From positions 47,370,001 to 47,434,000 of the forward strand of contig CM052818.1 in assembly GCA_028534125.1 (NCBI GenBank): a DNA stretch of 64,000 nucleotides. The letters are read 5' to 3'. Position numbers and translations under genes: made by a program. Positions 51,151-63,080 of the stretch are shown in pieces. The DNA is from Lama glama. Taxonomy: Eukaryota. The notes below the pieces were generated by a model, which saw only the letters and a program-made list of their open reading frames with translations, searched no databases and was not told the origin of the DNA. The first letter of the stretch is position 1; every line of letters begins with the position of its first letter.

Positions 51151-51719
51151 GTCTGCCCCGAGGGAAGACACTCTAGCGACTCTTTCTGGAGAGGGTGTTA
51201 GACCCAATCTCGACAGATGATTCATTGTTAATAGTACAGGGAGTTTTCCTCCAAGCAAAGTGTCCACATCTGATTTAACAAGCTTAGCCAATGCTTTATC
51301 CTGACGTTGGGCACTGCACTGGAGTGAATTTATCCAGCTGTGTTCTGACTATACACAGTGCTTGCTGCTTCAGCATCTTTCCTCAGACCCTCCAGGTCCC
51401 TGTGTGCGATTCCAACGACACTCTGGGGGCAGAAGTAGGGCCAGCGGCCCTGCTGCAGGTGATGGGGGAGGGGGATGGGGGCCTGGGGAGGAAGCCCCTG
51501 GAAAGAGAGCCTGCCCCCCAGAATTGTTCCTACAACAAACGGCATGAGCGCGGAGGCCCAAGGCAGCACGGCCACTGCCAGGGGCAGGATTTGGGTTAGC
51601 ACGGCTGACCCTCGCTGTCGCAAAGGGAGACGGGCGGAGATGGAGCTGGAGGCCCCGGCCGGAGCCCAGCGGGGGACAGCAAGTTATATCGTTGACGAGA
51701 AGGATGGCAGAAAGGCATT

Positions 51720-51935
51720 TGGCGCCTGCTGATGAGGGCATAAGACTGAGCGGGTTCACGTTTGGGAGACAGCTCCCTTTATATGAGTCACACAACCACA
51801 AGGAGGGGTTTTTAAATTCCCATTTTACAGATGAAAACCTGAGGAGGGGGTGGGAGTAGGTGTCCAGCTAAGAGCACAGAACGAGAGAGTGACAGATGAG
51901 GACAAAAGCAGGTTTTCTCACTCCCAGGCCACTGT
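51720..51935 (-). mobile_element. MIR SINE
   Basis: ttcccattttacagatgaaaacctgagg. Confidence 0.75.
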
Positions 51936-52989
51936 TAGCATCCCCTCAGATTCACACCCTTAAGGCCAAGCCGACTGTACCACTTCCAAATCACAGACCT
52001 CCAAGAACATGTTAACAGTGCTGCGTAAAGAGCAGGGCTGCTCAGCAGGCAATAATGATAATATCCTCTAAGGACAGGAGGCAAACTGTTTCCCCTTTGG
52101 TGACAGGGCGAGAGTTTCTTTATTTGGGGGAAAAATAAGTTAGCTACTTTGCAACCTTTTCCTCCACTGATTAAGTAAATATCTAACTTCAAAACATGAC
52201 AATAACATCCTAGACTGTGGCATTATAGACAAAATCCAAGGCTGAAATGTGATCTTTGTTCTCCTTGTGAAGTTTGACCATGAAAGTAACTTATAGTAAA
52301 GAGTTAATAGACATTCCTTTTTGGAATAACTTTATTTTGTTGAGGAAAAATCAGTTAAATTTAAAATTCTGTGGAGAAATTCACTTACTATGGAAAGAAG
52401 AAATCTGTTGAACCACCCCAAAATAACTCAGGCGGCAAACACTCCCCAGCCTGCCGACACCATTGATACATTGCCTTTACTACTTTGATTCCATCTGCCA
52501 GATATACCTGGCTTCAGATGGGGTGGTATTTGCTAGCTGAATTAATGAAGAATACAAAATCTTTAGAAAAAAAAAATTCCCCATTTGATGCATCCCATAG
52601 CCGCGGTTACCCTATGCACCAATGTGTCTATGATATTGCCTTTTAATCATAAAATACGTAATTACGTACATGAATGCAGAACTCCTAGCACAGATCAATC
52701 CCATATTACCCGACCTGAGCTGCTGAAACAAGATAGGAATTTCTGAGGATCATTTATTTTGTTCATAAGGTGAGCGAAATTCAAGGGCAGCAAGCTTGGC
52801 CGGGATGAACACGAAGGGATTTACTAGTGACCAGGCTAGGCTAGTCATTTATCCTATTATTCAACAGTACATGGTGACAAGAAATAGCTATTATATTTGA
52901 GTGCCTTTCCCATGCAAAATCTCTGTGAAGCCTCCAGGTGTTGTCTTCATCCTCTCAGGAGACACTCCCTTGACTAGACGGTGTCTTTT

Positions 52990-53170
52990 CTGGAGGAGGG
53001 TGAGGACTGGGGTTAGCACTGGGTGAGCCGAGCTCAAATGTGAGCTGTCCGGTTGGGGACCTTAGGTGAGTGAATATGTTCGTGTATTGCTGTCTGTGAA
53101 GTGGAGATGACAGTACCTCCGTCACAGGATCGCGGCCAGAGTTAATTTGGCTACATGTATACCATGTTCC
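52990..53170 (+). mobile_element. MIR SINE
   Basis: gaccttaggtgagtga...tctgtgaagtggagatgacagtacctccgtcacaggat. Confidence 0.7.
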
Positions 53171-54599
53171 CTGTACATGTCACCCACTCCGGAGTGACCC
53201 AAAAAAATGTGCGTCTAGTAGGGGCTGAGTCCTTGTGGGCAGCAACCAGCTGGAAGGGGGGTTGTCTTCTCTTTGCACAGATATAAACACTGTGTTTTTA
53301 TGCAGTTGTGGTGTGGGCATGGAGGGGGGGCGCCTCGGGGCTGGGGGCAGCTGAAGCCCTCTGGGCGTTATAGGGCTTCTGAACCCAAAGAGTTCCAATA
53401 GAGAAATATGATCCATCATCTTTGTAGAAATTTACATTTCTTTTGGGTAACCCCACAGATCGGATAAATTATTGCAGTATCACCATTTTGGGCTGATCAG
53501 AAAGGGTGTAGTTTTGACGTGAGCAGCCTTGACTCATGAAGTCTACACAGAACCAGTAAGGGTGGGAGCAGCCTGTCCTTGATGGGAGGCGACACCGAGT
53601 CTCGGAGCCCCGTGCGGAGGAAGACCATGAAGCGCCGTAAATGTGTGTCAGGGCTCACGTGACATAGCTGATGCCAAGACTGAACCTGAATGCTTCAAAG
53701 GCAGGAAAAAGAATCTTCCTCCCCTCCCCACCCACAGGGCGCAGGGATCAGCGATCACGGCAGGGAGGACTGGGAGCTGGAATCTTACTGGCATCTGAAA
53801 AATAACAACGCGGATACTAATCTGACTGTTAGAGGGCGCTAGGTCGCATCCACAGGTGGAATTGGACGGATACGGGAGCGCCAAACCCGGGAGGCCACGG
53901 CCAGGCGAAGGATGGAGCGCAGAGCTGATGGGGTCTGTGAACCAAGGGCAGAAGCACGTTCTCAGCCTCTGGGGTACTTGGGCCGCACCTGGGTCCCAGT
54001 CCGGATCTTGAGCCTGGACCTGCCTGCCTTGCCAACCTGACGAGGCTGCTAAGGCTGCTGAGGGAATCCACTGTGGGAGCAGATGTAGGACGTAGTGTTA
54101 GCTGTAATTCTCCACAAGCAGAAGGCCTTAGTACTTTACCTCTTCTGGATCGAGCCAAACAAATGGAATCAGCAGGAACGAAAGGGCATGGAAACTGGGA
54201 ACCGCTTCTGGGTTGATTCAGTCATCTCCTTATTTATTCACTTACCTTTTCTTCAGTAAGTATTTCCTGAGTGCATACTTGCTAGCTTGCAAACTGGCTC
54301 CTGTACACAGAGGACAAGGAGAGACTGAGGAAGAGTCAGCCACGCCTGATGGGGAGGTGGCAGGTTTAATCAGCAAAGGCGCTGACACACAAGACTGTCT
54401 GGGGACGTTGTAAGGCAAGCAGACCTTCCCACCCTCCACCAGGATCTTGAGTTTATGAAGAGGCGTTCGCTGGGTTCCAGAAACATGCGTTTTCTTAAGG
54501 CTGAGTCCTTGAAAAGGCTCCCACTGTGGGAACCTCTGATTGCCTGAGGCCAGCCTGCAGGTCAACTGGAGGTTAGGTCATGGACGACCTTCTCCAGTA

Positions 54600-55400
54600 A
54601 TGGCACGTGCCTGGCATCATTCTCGGTGCTGGGGATGTGCTAGTGAATAAAAGAGGCCACGCTGCTGCCCGCATGGGCTTCAGTCTTAGCCGAGGAGACG
54701 CCCATCAGCCAGCGGGAAAGTGCGTGGTGTCAGCAGATGATGAGGGGGGAGGTGTGTGCAGAGACCTAGCAGGAGGGAGAACGGACCGCCATGGCCTGAT
54801 CCCTGGGGCAGGGCTGTCTGGGGTTTGTCTGAGGGTCGGCAAGAGGCCCCACACAACAAGCAGGAGGAGCTGAAGGGGCAGGGGCCCGGGTTCAGGGCTG
54901 GGGCCCAGGTTCAGGGCAGGGGCCCCGGTTCAGGTCTGGGGTCCAGGTTCAGGGCTGGGGCCTGGGTTCAGGGCTGGGGCCCGGGTTCAGGGCAGGGGCT
55001 CGGGTTCAGGGCAGGGGCCCGGGTTCAGGGCAGGGGCTCTGGTTCAGGGCTTGGCCAAGGAAGGGGGCTCCCAGTGCTGGTGACGCTCTGGGCTTTAAGT
55101 GACGAGGTAGAAGAGCAACATGACCTAATTACCCTGTAAAAGGCTCATTCTGGCTTGTGGGGCTGTAACCAGAAGGAGGACAAGGGCCGCTGAAGCAGAG
55201 AGGTCCGTGGGGGGCTCCTGACGGCACCCCAGGCAGGCCGGCCGGGACTGGAAGCGGGACGCAGCTGCTGCAGGCGGCGGGAACGCGCAGGGTGTAGGGG
55301 GTCTTCAGGAGCGGCTGTCGCCCCGAAGGTCTGGGCCTGCTCTGAAGGCCTGCCCTCTGGCTCACATCAGCATGGAGGTCCCCACGTCAGGTGGGAATCG
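54600..55400 (-). mobile_element. GC-shifted L2 fragment containing a minisatellite
   Basis: gtgcctggcatcattctcggtgctggggatgtgctagtgaataaaa...aacatgacctaattaccctgtaaaaggctcattctggct...gaggtagaatc. Confidence 0.7.
54876..55050. repeat. 19-bp G-rich minisatellite (GGGCWGGGGCCCGGGTTCA)x9
   Basis: Nine units in exact 19-bp register with few substitutions. Confidence 0.95.
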
Positions 55401-56959
55401 AGGAGACGTGAGAATGTCTCCTGACGCAGCACATGACCCTCAGAGGTAGAATCTGATCCCCAGGGCACTGAGTTTTGCTCACACATCAGGTTTTCCCTGC
55501 ACACACATGTGTGTGTGCGCACACGCTTACACGTGTGATGTTGGTGCATCCCTCCTATGAACAAAGTGTGACTCACAGTGACTAATTTCCAGAGATTGAC
55601 ACTATGATCTCTTTTCAGAGACAAGAACACTTGAAGCCCAGGGACACTAAGACCTTGCGTGTTTCCAAGCTAATAGCTATATTGTGCTGCCTTAATGCTC
55701 CTGGTTGTCATTTAACATCCCTACAGGTTTCTTTATCGACATAGCTTTTTGTTTTCTTTTGTTTTTAATGAGAAAATGTTCACATGAAAATTTTGTCAAT
55801 AAACGCTGGTAGCAGACACTGCAGGGTGACTCACTCAACACCCTTCCTCATTCGCCTTCCTTTTTTAACAGAGGCAGGGAAACCCAGTGTTTATTTTTTA
55901 TGTCTAGTTTTGAGCAGGTAGTGGCCATGGAAGTCAGTTGTATCCAGTGAGATGAAAGCAGATAGCTGCTGGGAGAGTCTCCTCGCCCTAAATAAAATCT
56001 TGCAAGGTCTTGACAGAAGAAGGTTGAAAAAAATATCTGTCGTCTCTTCTAATGCTCAGAGATACGGCATCCTTCTTGTGAACATGAGGACAAAAATGCA
56101 CCCAGTAATGAAATCAAAGCAAGAAAATAGGAAACTACACTTTCGTGTTTGATTATTCATGGTGAATGGTGTTGTGGTATCTTTGGTAACTTGAACCTTT
56201 CTACTTGTGGATCTAAGACCATTTCTCGGAAGTGATCACACATTTATGTGATTTAATCTACAACCCGCCAAGCAAATGTTTCCTCCATGTTTCTGTATTT
56301 TATAGCCTTGAAAAGAAACTTAGTGTTCAAGGGAGTCTTGAGGTGACATAATTTAACAATTAAGGAAACCAAGGATCTGGGGGAAGGGGCTTGAACAAGC
56401 AAATTCTAAAGTTCTGATGGCTGGTTTTCTGACTCTAAGCCCAGTATTCTCATTGGCAATCCTGGCTGCCATGTCCTTTTGGAATTTAGTAATGAACTTC
56501 CTCTTCCTCTTTCTAGAGCGGCCACCTGTCTATAGAAGCAGGAATACTGTTTGGTTGTTGTTGGAGATTATAGACTCAGGGTCTAGGAATGAGGTGGGTG
56601 CAGTGTTGGTGGAGATTACAGGTGGCTGGGGCTGGGGCTGGGGTCGCGGTCGGGTGAGGGAGCTGCTGGGAATGGCAGGCACCTGCAGTGTGTTCCCCGC
56701 AGGCATCAGCATGGGGGACCTGAGGGATGGCTTGGTGAGCTGACTGTGGGATGCAGCTGAAGAAAAGTGCATTTCTGTTACTTTTGATTTCACGCAGTTA
56801 GAAAATGGATATTGAGATTTTTTTTAAAATGGTGATTTGCAAGATAAAATAGTGAAGTAGTTTACATTCCTAAGGAAGAACGTAGAAAACTGTCATGTAA
56901 GGAATTTACAAAGGATGCAAAGAGCAAACTGAAGAACGGGATTCAGAAGGAAGAGGATG

Positions 56960-56962
<3 letters not shown>

Positions 56963-56996
<34 letters not shown>
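56963..56996. repeat. (TG)17 microsatellite
   Basis: Read directly from the sequence. Confidence 0.95.
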
Positions 56997-56997
<1 letters not shown>

Positions 56998-57227
56998 ATG
57001 GCTTAGGGATGGTCTAGAGACCAGAAGTCATCTCAAGGAAGAGAGGGAAACAAGTGGTACAAAGGATGTAGTTCAAAGGCAGTGACAGAGGTGCCTGCCG
57101 TGGGCTAGAGGGTGGTTATCGCCCCCCATCACTCGGTGTCTGTCCTCTAAAAGGGTGATCGTTCCTGCCCATGGCTGTGTCACCTGCAGCGCCTCTCCAG
57201 GGGCAGGATGTGCACCTCGACCCCGTA

Positions 57228-57727
57228 NNNNNNNNNNNNNNNNNNNNNNNNNNNNNNNNNNNNNNNNNNNNNNNNNNNNNNNNNNNNNNNNNNNNNNNNN
57301 NNNNNNNNNNNNNNNNNNNNNNNNNNNNNNNNNNNNNNNNNNNNNNNNNNNNNNNNNNNNNNNNNNNNNNNNNNNNNNNNNNNNNNNNNNNNNNNNNNNN
57401 NNNNNNNNNNNNNNNNNNNNNNNNNNNNNNNNNNNNNNNNNNNNNNNNNNNNNNNNNNNNNNNNNNNNNNNNNNNNNNNNNNNNNNNNNNNNNNNNNNNN
57501 NNNNNNNNNNNNNNNNNNNNNNNNNNNNNNNNNNNNNNNNNNNNNNNNNNNNNNNNNNNNNNNNNNNNNNNNNNNNNNNNNNNNNNNNNNNNNNNNNNNN
57601 NNNNNNNNNNNNNNNNNNNNNNNNNNNNNNNNNNNNNNNNNNNNNNNNNNNNNNNNNNNNNNNNNNNNNNNNNNNNNNNNNNNNNNNNNNNNNNNNNNNN
57701 NNNNNNNNNNNNNNNNNNNNNNNNNNN
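57228..57727. other. Assembly gap (500 N)
   Basis: Run of N. Confidence 1.
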
Positions 57728-58865
57728 CACCTCCGGCTGGCAATGCAGAGCTGTGTTGAAGGCATACATGTGTTCATTTTATTTAAGACATTTAGGTCTT
57801 ACATCAATATTGCATGATTGCATTTTTAAAATCAACCCAGGTCTATGCCATTGTTCTTAGCAAGGTGTCCCACAGAATTTGTCAGACAATAACACAGATC
57901 ATCTTGGTCTTCCTGAGGACACTCTTCTTTAGAAGGTTGTTTCTAAGCCTTTCTGAGAATATCATTTTAACTCTCTTCATTGGATATCAAGCTCTGATTT
58001 TGTATCAAGATGTATTGGGGTGGCACCTAATATATTAACAAAAACTCAGGAATATCAGCAGAATGTATATGAAGTGATGGGCATACATAAAATTTTGGGA
58101 AAATGGGTATCCATGTATAACTCCATGGGATCCGTGTTGAGGGTGATTTAAAGTATCACTGTGACTGTACTTTGGGACTCTAGGTTGCAGAGCTGGTAAA
58201 CCATACACAGAAATTAATGGTGTTCAAAGGAAACAAGCTCTTGTTATGCAGGAAATTCAGAAATTCCGAGAAGACAACTTGCTCAAGATCAAAGGCCATA
58301 GAAGGAGAAAAGAAAAGAGCAGGGAAGGGGAGGTGATGGGGGCAAGGCTGTGAACTACGGCAGAGGGGAGGGTGTTCTCAGTAGATGTTGCTGGAAGTAC
58401 TGTGAAATTAATCTGATTTTCGAGGAAAGCAGACAGGCAGGGACTTCAGCTTCTTAAAAAAGACTCAAAGCTCTGTAAAGAGTTAAGATCAAGAAACCAA
58501 TGTAAAGAAGTGAAATGTCTAGCTTTAATGTGGAGGCAGGTCAGTAGTTTGTGGAGCCTAAAGCTTGTATATGTAATTGGGGTCTATGAAAATAGAATGT
58601 AATTTTTAAAACGCACCTCATGGAGAGTCCATAAGTATTTCCCACCCACCAAGGCTGTGTTTAAGGATTACCGACGTACCAGAGGCGAGAATGACTTAGC
58701 TGCAGCTGCTTCCCAGAACTGGCATTTCATGATAACACAGTTTTAAGGGTGGATTTGTCTCTTTTTGGGGGCCGGATCCAACTTTCTGATTTTACAGAAA
58801 AAGGAAGTTCAAGTACAGAGAGATCAAATCCAATTGTTTACTCCCTCATCTTGAGATACTACACC

Positions 58866-58895
58866 AAAACAAACAAACAAACAAACAAAAAAAAA
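58866..58895. repeat. (CAAA)n/poly-A microsatellite
   Basis: aaaacaaacaaacaaacaaacaaaaaaaaa. Confidence 0.9.
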
Positions 58896-60479
58896 CATAT
58901 TTTGTTGGAATGAGGTTGCCACCACTCAAGAGCTTTGCCGTAACCCTGTCCTTGCTCTCAGTGATGCCCTACTGCTGTCCGTCTGGTGCACGTTTCTCAG
59001 TAACATATTTTGATTCTACAGGCAATTGATTACAAATAGCACATGCAGGAGCTGGTAAGAGACGTAGTTGAAATATTTCTCCTATGTGTCTACTTTCCAC
59101 TCCCATACAAATATCCACATTTTCCCACTTTGCAAACTTTGTGAGGGCTGAAGTAGTATTAAATAAGCCTTATTTTAGGAGAGAAAAATAGTAGCAACAA
59201 AAAAAGCCCAAATCTACAATATCAACAATGTCTTTGCTGTTACGACTCTGGGGAGACTGTTCTCTGATACTGTTTGATTTTGGCTTCCCTAGCTTTAATA
59301 TTTTTTTCTTTCTATGCATTATAGTCCCATGAATCATGGACTTTTCACAGTCGATTTTGTTCTTCACAGTTTACACTACACCTTCCAATATATTAAATCA
59401 CTGTACTTGTATAATATTTTAAAAATAAATTTGGAGGTGGGAAGATGTAAAAACCATTGATAAAAGTTAATATTTTATGAGAAATATTCTTTAAATATTT
59501 TCCTCCCCCCAGTATTATGTGGACATGCAGGGCTGAATTCAAACTCTTTGACCTTGAGTTTCTTTATACAATAAGGAAGCTGGATTCACTAAGGAGTTAT
59601 TCCAGCTTGTGGTGAGCAGTCATTGTTATAGTCTTTTTTTATAAAAAAAAAAACTTTCATGAGATTAAATATCTCAGTTAAACCTTTGGACGGGAGACAG
59701 ACACTGAGCTATTTCCTAGATGCTTGCAAAATAACATAAAGAATATATGGAAATATGCCATGAGTGAGATTAAAGTCTGTGATCAGTATTGTCACAGAGT
59801 TCCCAAATCCCACGCATTTCTACCTTAGGAGTGGCCATTCCTTTCTCTGAGCACCAACTCAACTTGGCGCGTAACATGCAAATGGCACTTAGGCATGTCC
59901 CATGTCCTCCACTGAATTCTGCATTCCCTAAAGACAGTGACTGAACTTTACTTGTCTTGGTGTTTCCTGGAGACGCAGCAGGCACAGTTTGTTTTACTCA
60001 GTATATGCTCAGTCAGCAGTGAACGAAGGGTTATCAAAAGAGACAATTGCAGCTTTTACTTTAGAGGAAACCGGCTTTTACTTTAGAGGTCATGATGAAG
60101 AAGATCAGTGACATACAGAGGTGACCTATGGCAGTGATGTTTAGCTGAAGTGTGTGACCCATCGTCCAGGAAACATGGCGGTATAAGGGTATGCATTCAG
60201 ACTGTTCATACTCTGAAACTGTAAAACGAACATAAAAAGTGTGCAGTCTAATTGGTCAGGCAGTGCGCTATAGAAGATATTTCAAAAATGCAAATTCTGT
60301 TTATCCAGAAGTGGGTGAACAGCGTAACAGCCGAAGAGCGCCCACCACGTCATGCCCTCCTTCCTCTCACACCAGGAGCGTCTTCTCTCTCAACCTAGTA
60401 ATGCTGGAACTTAATGCAGTCATTATTTAAAATAAATTATTTTTAAAATTCTAAGTTAAAGTTTTTAATTGCTCTGGCT

Positions 60480-60950
60480 TGTATGTAAAAAGCTGATGGG
60501 AAGAGATCAAGACAGGGCTCAGCAAGGCCACGTAGGAAGCTGTTGTAGCAAAAGACGTCGACGGTTTGGTCTGGGCGTACAGTAGTGGCTGTCGTGGGAT
60601 GTGGAGGATGTGCTGAGAGAGCTCAGTGATGGGCTGGATATGGGTCTGAGGAGGCAATGTCAGCGATGCCTTGATCTGAGGACCGGAAGGCATGGGAACA
60701 CTGTTTTGTTTTGCTGCTTTTTTTTTTTTCAGATGAAGAGGATCCGAGGGAAGGAGATGAGAAACAGGATCAAGAATGGAGTTCTGCACATGTTAATGTT
60801 GAAATGTATATGCGATCTGTCCAAGTGAATACATCAATGGAGACGCCGTGGTTCTGGAGTTAAGAAGACAATTCTGGACTGGAGACATACATTTGGAACT
60901 CTTCAGCCTATAAACAGTATTTTTAGAATAAGGCCTGCCTTTGAAATTGC
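60480..60950 (-). mobile_element. L2 fragment
   Basis: gtgatgggctggatatgggtctgagg...catgttaatgttgaaatgt...tctggactggagacatacatttggaactcttcagcctataa. Confidence 0.75.
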
Positions 60951-61059
60951 TGGATAGTGAAAACTTGAAAACTGAGAATATAACAAAAGATAAACAAAAG
61001 AAAGAAATAACAAAGAATAGACAAAAGAAATAGCAAGTAATATAGCAAAATAAGAAAAA

Positions 61060-61290
61060 AACATATAAAAGGAAATGATGGAAGACAAAGCAAATCACTT
61101 TTAACCATAAACGTAAATAGGAAAAAATTAAACTATTGGAAGAAAATAGATTTTTCGTTCTGTCAAAAAGCTAAATCCCTGAATTATAAAAGATAAACTT
61201 CCACAAAATGACCTAGAAGATATGAAGGTGACGAGTGAGGTCAGGTCACTCAGGCAAATTCAAAACTACAGGAAGCAAGGAGTGAAAATG
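61060..61290 (+). mobile_element. L1 fragment (inter-ORF / start of ORF2 endonuclease)
   Basis: taaccataaacgtaaatagg resembles the TLNVNG coding block; A-rich. Confidence 0.5.
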
Positions 61291-61539
61291 AGACCCACCG
61301 AGGGCTGGCCTCAGGGGAGGCTGCGTATCTCCTGTGCCCGGAGGACAGGGGGAGCTGGGCTGAGCGGGGGCCAACACGCAGCATGACACCCCCGTGTGTC
61401 ACCTGTAAGCTGCACCGGAGCGTCTGCAGTGGGGACATCATGGAGTGACTGTAGGTGGCCCCCGCATCCTGGTGAGGGACCAAGGCAAGGGCATATATAC
61501 CTTCATTTCATGCAGGTCCAACTTGGGATCAAAACTAAG

Positions 61540-62110
61540 ACTCGCCCTTTTCCTCCTCCCATCAATGTGCGCCTGAGAGCTGGGATGACTTTTCAAAAAG
61601 ATCAGATTGGATGATCTCACTGCCCTGGTTAAACCCCTTTGCCCTTAGGATTCCAAACCTAAGTTGCTCCCACAGCCCCCGTCCGGTGGCTTCTGCTGAC
61701 ACTTCAGCCTCCGCTGGTTCACGTCCCTCATTTACTCCTTACCCTGAACAAAGCAGCCTTTCATCTTCTTGAAGGATCTTTGTTGTTGTTGTTGTTGCCG
61801 CCGTGCTGTCACACACACTTCCCCTCTTTCCGGGAGGCTCTCCTTCCCTCCCAGCTCAGCAAAGCTCATCCTTCCTTCAGAGCACAGATGAAAGAGCAGG
61901 ACAGAAAGCCTTCCCTGACTCTAGCCAAGATCTCTCCTCACTGCCCATCCCCCCCTCACACCAGTTAGCGACTTACTGTAACACTGTGTAATAATCACTT
62001 TAAATTACCTGTAATTGTAACTAAGCTCTATGCTTCATGAGGTCTGGGTCTTGTCCATTTCACACCGATTTTTATTCTGTGTTGAGTTCAGAGCCAGGCA
62101 CAGAAGCAAA
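61540..62110 (+). mobile_element. L2 3' region
   Basis: gatgacttttcaaaaagatcagattggatgatctcactgccctggttaaaccc...tcatccttccttcagagcacagatgaaa...cagagccaggcacag. Confidence 0.75.
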
Positions 62111-62934
62111 ATTGTTTTTCTCTGCACTTTTTTAGTGACCGTGAAGACAGATGCACGGTGCTATGTGAGACATTGGGATACAGAAAGTTGATCAATGAAT
62201 CTGCGTTGGATGGATCAGTTTACGCTAGGACATTCCTGCCTATCCCATAGTTGCCGGAAGCAGGTGAAAGACGGAAATGAGGGGAAAAGGCACTTTCATT
62301 TTCCCTTTGACTTACTTCTGTGGGACAGTTTCTGTGTGTTCGTTTCAGCACATAGGGGATAAGAGCTAAGAGAAGAGCTCTCGTTTGCTCCACACTGGGC
62401 GCTGGCTACCTTTCCCACCTGGAGAAGCAGGTAAAGGGTCTGAAAAACTGACATCTTAAAGTAGTGAAATATGTTGAACCCCCACTCCACCTAACCCCTG
62501 CCAATCTCTTTACAATGTAATCCATGCAAACACAGATTATGTTCATATAAAATTCCAGTTCTGCGCCGTGGCCAGAGTCACCAGAATCAGTCACTAAGGC
62601 CAGAGTCGGTTTCAGCCATCGCAGCTGCTGGTTGGGTTTCTCCTACTCCTTCATCTTCTGGAAGCCTTACTGACACTCCCAGTTAATTCTGTTGGCAGTG
62701 ACCTTGCTGTCCGTCAGCTCTAGAAAAAGCAAACGATACAGAAGCCTGAATAGATTAGAGAGTTTTGGGGGGAAAAATCTGCCTTTATTCCTAGGATAAT
62801 TTACAGATTAATCACTTATTGCTTGCCTTATATTTCAAGCTGGAGACAAAAAATTAAAAAAACAAAAAACAAGCACATAGATTGTGAATTATTCAAAATT
62901 TAAAATGTCTTTATCATTGGTTATTGTGTGAAAG

Positions 62935-63080
62935 TTCTTTTCTCTCTCTCTCTTTTTTTTTTTACTTCCTTCCTGCCTGCCTTCCCTCCTTCATCCCTTC
63001 CCTTTCCTTGTCTTTCTTTATCTCCCCTGTTTGATGCCGTGGGTTCTCTGTCTCTCTGTCTCTTTTGCTCTCGCCTTTCC
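62935..63080. repeat. CT-rich low-complexity tract
   Basis: (TC)n, poly-T and (CCTT)n-like runs. Confidence 0.8.

Noticed and set aside
54756..55139. Gly-rich repetitive ORF or CRISPR-like array
   Set aside because: Translation of a 19-bp tandem minisatellite; no spacers, eukaryotic context
57073..57860. Long ORFs on both strands
   Set aside because: Artefacts of the 500-N gap
28822..62418. One protein-coding gene made by chaining the minus-strand exon candidates
   Set aside because: Joining 62.4, 54.3, 38.7 and 30.5 kb hits a stop in the 30.5-kb exon; one unit is L2-derived; no recognisable protein
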